Shown here piece after piece: positions 18,425 to 25,203 of a stretch of 29,779 nt of DNA. How positions within the stretch are numbered: position 1 is the first letter of the stretch; every line of letters starts with the position of its first letter. The notes under the pieces were generated by a model that saw only the letters and a list, made by a program, of their open reading frames with translations, searched no databases and had not been told where the DNA came from. Where the stretch lies: IMG/VR virus record IMGVR_UViG_2061766007_000727. One strand, given 5' to 3'. The translations under genes were made by a program, and so were the position numbers. This stretch comes from an uncultured virus (IMG/VR IMGVR_UViG_2061766007_000727). Its lineage: Duplodnaviria; Heunggongvirae; Uroviricota; Caudoviricetes.

Positions 18425-18850
18425 ATGGCAACAATTAGTGCAACATTGGCGGCAGGTTCGGTGGCATCACCGTTCTACTACCAAGTGAACATAACAGAGC
18501 AGTTATGTAAAAACTCTTGCGGAAACGCAACACCAGACTTCAACCCCACCTTCGTACTGCTTGGCTATACAAGTGTTGGTGAAGGTCAGTATATGGCTAA
18601 CGTGAGCGTTAGGGGTACTATCAACTACGTTCCCTGCGGTGGCGGAGTGTGCTGCACCAAGTCGCAACTTGTTTTCGGCACGTTCAGCATTCCGTTCTAT
18701 TCGGAGACAGCACCGACAAGCGTGACCATAACGCAGGGTGCGAGTGTGAACGATGTGAGTGTGAATGGTTGCAGCAGATGCGGAAACACGTTTGTATGCG
18801 AGTGTCCGCTTACGCTCACTCTTGGTGAGGCTGCAACGGCTAACGATTGA
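18425..18850 (+). CDS. Cys-rich beta-strand hypothetical protein
   Basis: CKNSC, CGGGVCC, CSRC and CEC motifs in 141 aa. Confidence 0.7.
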   Translation: MATISATLAAGSVASPFYYQVNITEQLCKNSCGNATPDFNPTFVLLGYTSVGEGQYMANVSVRGTINYVPCGGGVCCTKSQLVFGTFSIPFYSETAPTSVTITQGASVNDVSVNGCSRCGNTFVCECPLTLTLGEAATAND

Positions 18851-19137
18851 GTGCTATGTGCGTGATGGTGATGATAATAGCCGCTATGGTGGGTGCGTTG
18901 GCAAGCCATCTTGGACTGATGAAGGCAGTAGGTAAGGTGTGCGCAAGGGTTCTTTCGTGTACCAAGTGCGCTACCTTTTGGATGAGTGTTGTTTACTGCC
19001 TGTACGTGTGTGGGTTCGGATTCGCTGAAACCTTCTGCACGTCCGTAGTGGCGAGTTATCTATCCGTCTGGGTTGAGATGTTCTACGTATGGTTGAATCG
19101 AAAATACAACGAGTTATGGGAACAGATTTTAAAATGA
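18847..19137 (+). CDS. Small Cys-containing membrane protein
   Basis: Hydrophobic helices with LSCTKCATFW (CxxC, reminiscent of DUF1360-type proteins); start may be a downstream ATG. Confidence 0.6.
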   Translation: MSAMCVMVMIIAAMVGALASHLGLMKAVGKVCARVLSCTKCATFWMSVVYCLYVCGFGFAETFCTSVVASYLSVWVEMFYVWLNRKYNELWEQILK

Positions 19138-19226
19138 GAAGCAGTAAGGTTATAGGCAAGGCTCAAAAAGGCTTTGTCTATAAGCCACTGCCGAAGATTA
19201 AGTTGAATTGTAAAAACTGTAAGTGA
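19134..19226 (+). CDS. 30-aa basic peptide ending CKNCK (absent from the ORF track)
   Basis: MRSSKVIGKAQKGFVYKPLPKIKLNCKNCK; ATGA overlap with the upstream stop and ends 1 nt before the next ATG. Confidence 0.6.
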   Translation: MRSSKVIGKAQKGFVYKPLPKIKLNCKNCK

Positions 19227-19227
19227 A

Positions 19228-19692
19228 ATGAGTGATTTGAGTAAAAGACTGATGAGCATCATAAACAGAGTAGAGCCGAAGTACGGATGTATGGTTTTGG
19301 ATATGTTCATTGACGATGTGGGAGTTGACAGGGCGAATGAGATACTTGATTTGAGCGAGGGTATGATGAAGTACAAGAACTACCTTACCGAGAACGAATC
19401 AAAGCAGATTGTCGATTCTATGATTAACTACGATGGCACGAAGGGTGCGAAGTGGACACCAGACGAGTTGAAGGGTGCGATAAACTCTTTAGGCGGAAAG
19501 TGCGAGATGGAAGGTCAGTTCAATTGGTGGGCGATGTACACCACAGTGCAGATGGTACACTCTGACGAGTGGGGTGTTCTGCGGAACGTGGTAGAGCCAT
19601 CGAAGGAAGCCGCAGTATGCTACGAGTTAGCGAAAGCGAAGTTACTTGACAAGGATGAAGTGTTCAACGTTAGGTCTTATTTTAAGGTTTAA
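19228..19692 (+). CDS. Helical hypothetical protein
   Basis: KNYLTENESKQIV...GAKW...WAMYTTVQMVHSD...YELAKAKLLDKD; last gene before a terminator. Confidence 0.75.
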   Translation: MSDLSKRLMSIINRVEPKYGCMVLDMFIDDVGVDRANEILDLSEGMMKYKNYLTENESKQIVDSMINYDGTKGAKWTPDELKGAINSLGGKCEMEGQFNWWAMYTTVQMVHSDEWGVLRNVVEPSKEAAVCYELAKAKLLDKDEVFNVRSYFKV

Positions 19693-19718
19693 TATATTCT
19701 TGTTTTTGGTGTTTTGTG

Positions 19719-19755
19719 AATAGTGGGTTCGTGATTGAATCCACTATTTTTTTTT
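19719..19755 (+). terminator. Intrinsic terminator
   Basis: AATAGTGGGTTC / GAATCCACTATT stem plus a T run. Confidence 0.8.
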
Positions 19756-19760
19756 GCTTG

Positions 19761-19772
19761 TTATATACTATA
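19761..19772 (+). promoter_or_regulatory. Late-promoter variant TTATATACTATA
   Basis: One mismatch to the 12-mer; between a terminator and ATG 19800. Confidence 0.55.
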
Positions 19773-19799
19773 GTTAGTTAGTAACTTAAAATTCATAGT

Positions 19800-20231
19800 A
19801 TGAAACGTAGAATTAAAGATAACGAGCAGTGGATAGACAATGCCTTTTCTTTGTTAAAGGAATTGTACCCACAAGTGGCTGATAGTGATATAGATTATTT
19901 TGTTGCATTCTTTTGGGATGAAAACAACACAGATGAGTGTAATGTTGAAGTGTTTGAGAAATGGTTAACCACAAAAGAGCCTGTTTCTGATTCATACGAA
20001 ATGAACGATTCCGTTTATGGTAATAATTATTCAATCTATTTTTCAAGCAGACGGAATAAAGAAGAAGAATTTTATTTAGTTGAAGAAGGACAATTACCAA
20101 GCGGTGTTGATTTCTTGGAGTTTTTGGAGAGTGAGTACAATTTGGTTTGGAGAAAATCGGATGGTAATCATTGTATATCCGAAATAAGTAACAACAATCC
20201 GATTGTTTATTTTATGGCGGAGTTAAGTTAA
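19800..20231 (+). CDS. Acidic hypothetical protein starting MKRRIKD
   Basis: 143 aa, D/E-rich, internal PVSDS and MNDS. Confidence 0.7.
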   Translation: MKRRIKDNEQWIDNAFSLLKELYPQVADSDIDYFVAFFWDENNTDECNVEVFEKWLTTKEPVSDSYEMNDSVYGNNYSIYFSSRRNKEEEFYLVEEGQLPSGVDFLEFLESEYNLVWRKSDGNHCISEISNNNPIVYFMAELS

Positions 20232-20263
20232 CAATAAGTATAACAATTTAAAAATTTAAAATT

Positions 20264-20881
20264 ATGAACTTGAAAAACAGAATGTATAGGGTTAAAGATG
20301 CGTATCTTGCACCAGAGGTTGACGAGGAGTTTATCAATGGTTCACCTTATGGTGAACGCAGTCCAAAGTATAATACTTTTGATTACAACGAAAAATGTGC
20401 GATTCAAAGGTGTAAAGAACAAGGTGGTGAGTGGATGGTGTTCATTGAAAATATTGGCGGTGAGCCAAGTTATGATTTTGGTATGAGTGATGGTTTGAGA
20501 GTAGATGAGGAATTTAACGCTTGGGGAGAAATACCTTCAAGAGTGTTAGAGATTGTGGAGAATAGAAACGGCAAAGTTTATGTTGAAGGTGTTTCGGAAG
20601 ATGTCACAACAATACCAGAGCGTAATTATGTTGAGGATTCGCACAAGGTAAGTGATGGTTTTAGTAGTGATTTGTGCGATGCTATCAATATGGATTTGAT
20701 GGGTTTGTCTGATGAAATAGAGGTTTCAAAATGTGACGAGAATAGAGTGCTGATAGAGACTACCTACAAATCGTATAAGAGGTTTAAAGATGACATTGAA
20801 GATATAATGTCGGAGTTCGGCTACACTTACAACAAGTCGTATCCTATGAAAAACAAATGGATTATTGATTTTAGAGGTTAG
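20264..20881 (+). CDS. Acidic hypothetical protein with leader ending YRVKD
   Basis: 205 aa, D/E-rich, internal YVEDSHKVSDG. Confidence 0.7.
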   Translation: MNLKNRMYRVKDAYLAPEVDEEFINGSPYGERSPKYNTFDYNEKCAIQRCKEQGGEWMVFIENIGGEPSYDFGMSDGLRVDEEFNAWGEIPSRVLEIVENRNGKVYVEGVSEDVTTIPERNYVEDSHKVSDGFSSDLCDAINMDLMGLSDEIEVSKCDENRVLIETTYKSYKRFKDDIEDIMSEFGYTYNKSYPMKNKWIIDFRG

Positions 20882-20904
20882 CACTTAAAAGATAAAATCA
20901 ACGC

Positions 20905-20937
20905 AAACGGAAACCCTAAAAAGTTTCCGTTTTTTTT
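20905..20937 (+). terminator. Intrinsic terminator
   Basis: AAACGGAAAC / GTTTCCGTTT stem, CCTAAAAA loop, T run. Confidence 0.8.
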
Positions 20938-20948
20938 ATTCTCACCTA

Positions 20949-20978
20949 TTGTACGTAACAAAATTCATATTACATTTG
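20949..20978 (+). promoter_or_regulatory. Bacteroidota sigma-70-type promoter (TTG-N19-TACATTTG)
   Basis: TTGTACGTAACAAAATTCATATTACATTTG. Confidence 0.72.
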
Positions 20979-21006
20979 TACCAATAACTTTAAAACACAT
21001 ACAACT

Positions 21007-21168
21007 ATGTTACAGAAGGTATTAACAGTTAGGGATTCGGAGTTTAATGACATCGTGAAACCCTACACAGAGGATGGTTGGAAGGTTACGAAAACGATAA
21101 AGGTATCCGATTCGCAGTCGCAGTACGTGCTTTCCAAGCCAGACGTATCAAAAAAAATCAAAGGATAA
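21007..21168 (+). CDS. Small hypothetical protein (53 aa, absent from the ORF track)
   Basis: MLQKVLTVRDSEFNDIVKPYTEDGWKV...; first ATG after the promoter. Confidence 0.5.
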   Translation: MLQKVLTVRDSEFNDIVKPYTEDGWKVTKTIKVSDSQSQYVLSKPDVSKKIKG

Positions 21169-21194
21169 AACAAATTTTAAAAAGAGTTACAATT

Positions 21195-21488
21195 ATGGCA
21201 AAAGAAACCAAACCCCTGTTCGCAATCAGAGCGTACTGCCTTAAATGTGGTAGTTTTCTAATGGAATCAAGCAGGGTTACGAAGAAACAACTTATTGCGT
21301 CTTGGGACAATGCGGTGTTCAAGGCTTGTTCGATAACCTGTGACAAGTGCAACACCACACCGCCTTGCATCAACGACCTTACCATCTACAACTACGGCAC
21401 GAAGAAGGAACTCAAGCCAGAGTATGTCCTTCCGAAACCCAACTACGATATGATTGAGGATGTCAAACACAAACTTGGAGTAAAATGA
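21195..21488 (+). CDS. Zinc-ribbon hypothetical protein
   Basis: CLKC and CDKC pairs; ATG 21195 with an A-rich leader. Confidence 0.65.
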   Translation: MAKETKPLFAIRAYCLKCGSFLMESSRVTKKQLIASWDNAVFKACSITCDKCNTTPPCINDLTIYNYGTKKELKPEYVLPKPNYDMIEDVKHKLGVK

Positions 21489-22054
21489 GTGCGAAACTTG
21501 AATTGAACCGATTTGAACTACTATGGTTCGTTGAAGGGTTCGTTGGTGGCTCACATCTGCGTTGGGACGGATACGAGACTATGGTTGACAAGGTGTATCC
21601 GCAACTCAACGATGACGAGCGAGAGTGCATATACACATACGCAAAGCGTGACTTGGCTTGCAGAATGGCATACGACATGAAGGAGAACACCACCGCCTAT
21701 CAGTATTGGTGTCAGTTTCTTGCGAGGTACAATCCTGCGAACCAATATGTAGTCAGCGTTGAGAACGGTAACGAGAAACAGACCGTTGACGCTTACAAGT
21801 GGAACGGAAAATATTACACGGATTGGAGATGTTACTGCGCAGACGAGTACATCAAGAGCGTGGAACAGAAACCCTTCAAGAAGTGCGCATACGAGAGTGA
21901 TGTTTGTTGTATGAGTGTCGGTTGTGTGAGACACAAAGCGTACAAGGTGGGGGACGAGACCATTCACCCCAATCCTTGTGACGGACATCTTGTGTGTGAG
22001 TGGCTGATAGACGAGCGAGAGGATGGTTGTAACACGATAAACTATGAGCGATGA
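21485..22054 (+). CDS. Hypothetical protein with Cys-rich C-terminus
   Basis: 189-aa ORF with ATGA overlaps on both sides. Confidence 0.7.
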   Translation: MSAKLELNRFELLWFVEGFVGGSHLRWDGYETMVDKVYPQLNDDERECIYTYAKRDLACRMAYDMKENTTAYQYWCQFLARYNPANQYVVSVENGNEKQTVDAYKWNGKYYTDWRCYCADEYIKSVEQKPFKKCAYESDVCCMSVGCVRHKAYKVGDETIHPNPCDGHLVCEWLIDEREDGCNTINYER

Positions 22055-22227
22055 ACGCAAAGGAGTTTTTTGACAAGGTTGTTGAGATGCGCAGTATGCA
22101 GAAGGCTTACTTCGCAAAGCGTGATAGTCTTGTGTTGAAGAAATGCAAGGAAATTGAGAAGGAGATTGATGCCGAGATTGAGCGAGTGAATAAGGTTATG
22201 GATAATAAACAGATGAATTTGTTCTGA
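22051..22227 (+). CDS. Small helical protein ending QMNLF (58 aa, absent from the ORF track)
   Basis: MNAKEFFDKVVEMRSMQKAYF...EKEIDAEIERV...KQMNLF; overlaps the upstream stop. Confidence 0.7.
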   Translation: MNAKEFFDKVVEMRSMQKAYFAKRDSLVLKKCKEIEKEIDAEIERVNKVMDNKQMNLF

Positions 22228-22229
22228 TT

Positions 22230-22241
22230 TTATATATTATA
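22230..22241 (+). promoter_or_regulatory. Putative phage late promoter TTATATATTATA
   Basis: Exact motif copy upstream of two acidic ORFs. Confidence 0.6.
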
Positions 22242-22267
22242 AGAGAAATAGGTTAATATTTTGAGTT

Positions 22268-22603
22268 ATGAACACGGAAGGTTTGTTGGTTGATATATTG
22301 GATATTCAGTCAGAGTATGATAATATCTACAAGTATATAGACATCACCGAAAATGGTTATTACACCTTTGAGGATTTTGTTGAATCCATAAAGGATATTT
22401 ACAGGCTCAATCCCGACTTGAGTGAGTTCTATATTGACAATTCCGAAAGAAACAGAAAGAACAAGAGTTTCGGTGATGAGGAGTATATTTTGTCTGTTTA
22501 CGATGAAAACGAAAACGAAGTCATTAGGATATACTTTGTATTGGTTTACAAGCCTATGCCTTATGAGTTATATGAAGTGGTGAAAGATATGTTTAACAAT
22601 TAA
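22268..22603 (+). CDS. Acidic hypothetical protein
   Basis: 111 aa, D/E/Y-rich. Confidence 0.65.
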   Translation: MNTEGLLVDILDIQSEYDNIYKYIDITENGYYTFEDFVESIKDIYRLNPDLSEFYIDNSERNRKNKSFGDEEYILSVYDENENEVIRIYFVLVYKPMPYELYEVVKDMFNN

Positions 22604-22617
22604 AAGATATAGTAGTT

Positions 22618-22923
22618 ATGGTACGTGTTAAGGATTCAATAAACGTGGATGAGTTTCTTGCGAACTTCGAGCCGTACATTGTGGATGAGAACGGTGATGA
22701 GTACGAAGGAATATTAGACCTGCAAATCGGTGATAAAAATTCTGATGTCATCTTTGATGTTCACGTTTACAACATATCAGAAGAAGGATTCTTTAAGTTC
22801 GATATAGAGGATGTTGAGAACGTGGAGTTGGATGAGTTGGATATGCTTATGGAAGACCAAGTTGTATGGGACACCATTAATGATTTTATCACAGATAACG
22901 TGGTATTTGATGAGACACATTAA
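22618..22923 (+). CDS. Very acidic hypothetical protein starting MVRVKDS
   Basis: 101 aa with roughly a third of residues D/E. Confidence 0.7.
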   Translation: MVRVKDSINVDEFLANFEPYIVDENGDEYEGILDLQIGDKNSDVIFDVHVYNISEEGFFKFDIEDVENVELDELDMLMEDQVVWDTINDFITDNVVFDETH

Positions 22924-22947
22924 GATTCAACTTGAATTTCAATCATT

Positions 22948-22978
22948 AAAAGCGGAACAAAAAAAATCCGCTTTTTTT
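22948..22978 (+). terminator. Intrinsic terminator
   Basis: AAAAGCGGA / TCCGCTTTT stem, A-rich loop, T run. Confidence 0.7.
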
Positions 22979-22989
22979 ACACCCAACTA

Positions 22990-23019
22990 TTGTATGTAAT
23001 AATTTTTGTATTACTTTTG
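22990..23019 (+). promoter_or_regulatory. Bacteroidota sigma-70-type promoter (TTG-N19-TACTTTTG)
   Basis: TTGTATGTAATAATTTTTGTATTACTTTTG. Confidence 0.7.
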
Positions 23020-23041
23020 TGAAGATTAAAAAGAGTTATTT

Positions 23042-23092
23042 ATGTTATACAACAAAGAGAATTATATTTGTGATGTGGATAGAGTGGAGTAA
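23042..23092 (+). pseudogene. Possible orphaned original 5' end of the cytosine MTase (MLYNKEN...)
   Basis: ATG TTA TAC AAC AAA GAG AAT resembles the MTase start MYSKEN at 23734; stops after 16 codons. Confidence 0.45.
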
Positions 23093-23166
23093 TTAACCAC
23101 TCGACAAGGGTAAGTCTATCGCCCTTCCACATTTTTAAAGATAGACACCATTTAAAAATGATAGAC
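23073..23166 (+). ncRNA. Structured 5' leader RNA of the HNH gene (three-stem junction plus pseudoknot)
   Basis: ATGTGG/CCACAT, GAGTGG/CCACTC and AAGGG/CCCTT stems; loop GTCTATC complementary to GATAGAC at 23140 and 23160; TATATTTG at 23063. Confidence 0.6.
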
Positions 23167-23167
23167 A

Positions 23168-23731
23168 ATGGAAAATGAGATTTGGAAAGATGTACCTAAT
23201 TATGAAGGGTATTATCAAGTAAGCAATTTAGGTAATGTAAAGAGTTTATCTCGGATTATTTCAAACGGAACAGGAAAGGTAATCACAAAAGAAAAATATC
23301 TTGTACCAAATGTTCTTGCGAAGGGGTATTTACAAGTAACTTTTTATAAGGATAGGATTCGTAAGTGTTATCAAGTACATAGATTAGTTGCATTAACCTT
23401 TTTGGATAATCCGAATAATTATCCGCAGATAAATCATATAAATGGAAACAAGAAGGATAATAGAGTAGAAAATTTAGAATGGTGCGACAATTCTATGAAT
23501 CAAATACACGCTTGGAAAATAGGCTTACAAAAACCACATCATTGTGGAGGTGGTGCGCCAAAAAAGAAAGTTGCTTTGTTAGATAGTAATGGTGATATAG
23601 AACGTATATTTGATAGTATAAGAGAAGCATCGATATTTATAGGTTGTAAGACACCTGCTAATTTAAGTCATTTATTAAATGGTAAGGAAAAATTTAAAAC
23701 AATATATGGTCGAAAGTTTAAATTTGTATAA
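23168..23731 (+). CDS. NUMOD4-HNH homing endonuclease with NUMOD1-like C-terminus
   Basis: EIWKDVPNYEGYYQVSNLGNVKS (NUMOD4), VHRLVALTF, INHINGNKKDNRVENLEWC (HNH), FDSIREAS. Confidence 0.92.
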   Translation: MENEIWKDVPNYEGYYQVSNLGNVKSLSRIISNGTGKVITKEKYLVPNVLAKGYLQVTFYKDRIRKCYQVHRLVALTFLDNPNNYPQINHINGNKKDNRVENLEWCDNSMNQIHAWKIGLQKPHHCGGGAPKKKVALLDSNGDIERIFDSIREASIFIGCKTPANLSHLLNGKEKFKTIYGRKFKFV

Positions 23732-23733
23732 AG

Positions 23734-25023
23734 ATGTATAGTAAAGAAAACCCATTAAGAATGGTAAGTTTATGTTCTGGGTATGATTCTATGTGCCTTG
23801 CGCTGAACAGACTGAAAGAGAACTACCCAGAGTTTGACTATGAGTTGGTTGCTTGGTCGGAGTTTGACCCAGAGAGTACGCAACCATTGTACAAGCAACC
23901 TGCCGTCATCGCTCACAATGCACTTTTCTCCCAATGGAAGGACAGGAATCTTGGTGATATGACAAAGATAGATTGGGAGAAAGTACCCGACTTTGACTTG
24001 TTATTTTACTCGACACCTTGTTTTGTGGCAGGCACACTTGTATTGACACAAGAAGGTTACAAACCTATTGAGAATGTCAAGGTTGGTGATATGGTGCTGA
24101 CACACAAAAATAGGTATAGAAAGGTTTTGAAAGTAGGTAATAAAGTATCACTTGATTTGTATGAGATTACAGGTGATGCTTTTGATACTATTATTTGTAC
24201 AGGAAATCATCCATTTTATATTAGAAGAAATAATGGAGATTTGTTCTCACAACCAGAATGGTTGGCGGCAGAACTACTTACAAAAGAAACCTATGTGGGT
24301 ATTCCTAAAACTATATTTGATTCAAAAGATATAAACGCAGATGGTACAATAATAATTGACAATACAATGTGGTGTCAATTAAAAAGCCGAAAAGCACTTT
24401 TAGGTGAATGGGCAATAGTCTATAATATTGAGGTAGAAGAAGATAATTCTTATACCGCCAATGGTGCGATAGTGCATAATTGCCAGTCAATCTCCGCAGC
24501 GGGGTTACAACACGGATTCCGAGAGGGCAGTGGCACACGTTCTTCTATCATTTGGAACGTGCGAGATGCGGTCAAGATTAAGAGACCGAAGTTCCTGTGT
24601 CTTGAGAATGTCAGTGCTATGGTTAGCCAGAAGTTTGTAGGTATGTTCAATCTGTGGCAGAGGGAACTTGAGAAATTCGGATACAAGAACTTCGCCAAAG
24701 TATTGAATGCGAAGAATTATGGAGTGCCGCAGAACAGAGAGCGTATTTTCTTGGTGAGCATACTTGATGAGAATGCGAAGTTCTTCTTCCCAGAGCCGTT
24801 CAAGTTGGAGAAAAGATTGAAAGATGTGTTGGAACAGAATGTGGATGAGAAGTATTACTTGAAAAGAACGGAGATTGATATGTTCAACGCACACAAGGAA
24901 CGCAACCAAGCGAAGGGCAACGGCTTTGGTTGGAATCCGACAGACGGAGAGAAGGTTGCCAATGCGGTATTGGCGGCAGGACAAGACAGACCTACGGATA
25001 ACTATATTATTGATAATGAATAA
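23734..25023 (+). CDS. dcm: DNA (cytosine-5)-methyltransferase, N-terminal part (motifs I-VIII), with intein
   Basis: LCSGYDS (motif I variant), GDMTKID, YSTP|intein|CQSIS (motif IV PC), LENV (VI), GVPQNRERIF (VIII). Confidence 0.9.
   Translation: MYSKENPLRMVSLCSGYDSMCLALNRLKENYPEFDYELVAWSEFDPESTQPLYKQPAVIAHNALFSQWKDRNLGDMTKIDWEKVPDFDLLFYSTPCFVAGTLVLTQEGYKPIENVKVGDMVLTHKNRYRKVLKVGNKVSLDLYEITGDAFDTIICTGNHPFYIRRNNGDLFSQPEWLAAELLTKETYVGIPKTIFDSKDINADGTIIIDNTMWCQLKSRKALLGEWAIVYNIEVEEDNSYTANGAIVHNCQSISAAGLQHGFREGSGTRSSIIWNVRDAVKIKRPKFLCLENVSAMVSQKFVGMFNLWQRELEKFGYKNFAKVLNAKNYGVPQNRERIFLVSILDENAKFFFPEPFKLEKRLKDVLEQNVDEKYYLKRTEIDMFNAHKERNQAKGNGFGWNPTDGEKVANAVLAAGQDRPTDNYIIDNE
24019..24480 (+). mobile_element. 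Mini-intein (154 aa) inserted at the catalytic Pro-Cys
   Basis: CFVAGTLVLTQEGYKPIENV, TGNHPFY (TxxH), VYNIEVEEDNSYTANGAIVHN followed by Cys+1. Confidence 0.92.
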
Positions 25024-25197
25024 AAGATTAGTTAAGTTCCTGAAAGACAATCCGTTAGTAGGGGAGGGCAAGATGGTATTGATTTGTATAATCAAAGGTA
25101 CTTCAAAGACATACACCCTACGGTAACGGTAGGTATATCTTTTAGGAACGAACACTTTATAATAGAGCAAGTAAAGACTAATAAAAAAGATACGTAA
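25016..25197 (+). other. Short MTase variable-region module that needs a -1 frame change at GGGGAGGG (25061..25068)
   Basis: MNKRLVKFLKDNPLVG in one frame, then GQDGIDLYNQRYFKDIHPTVTVGISFRNEHFIIE in the -1 frame, resembling neighbouring modules. Confidence 0.5.
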
Positions 25198-25203
25198 ACC
25201 ATT

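Noticed and set aside
23063..23733. Group I intron carrying the HNH
   Set aside because: The HNH stop is 2 nt from the next ATG and only ~100 nt lie upstream, leaving no room for a catalytic core; no suitable terminal G junction restoring the frame was evident
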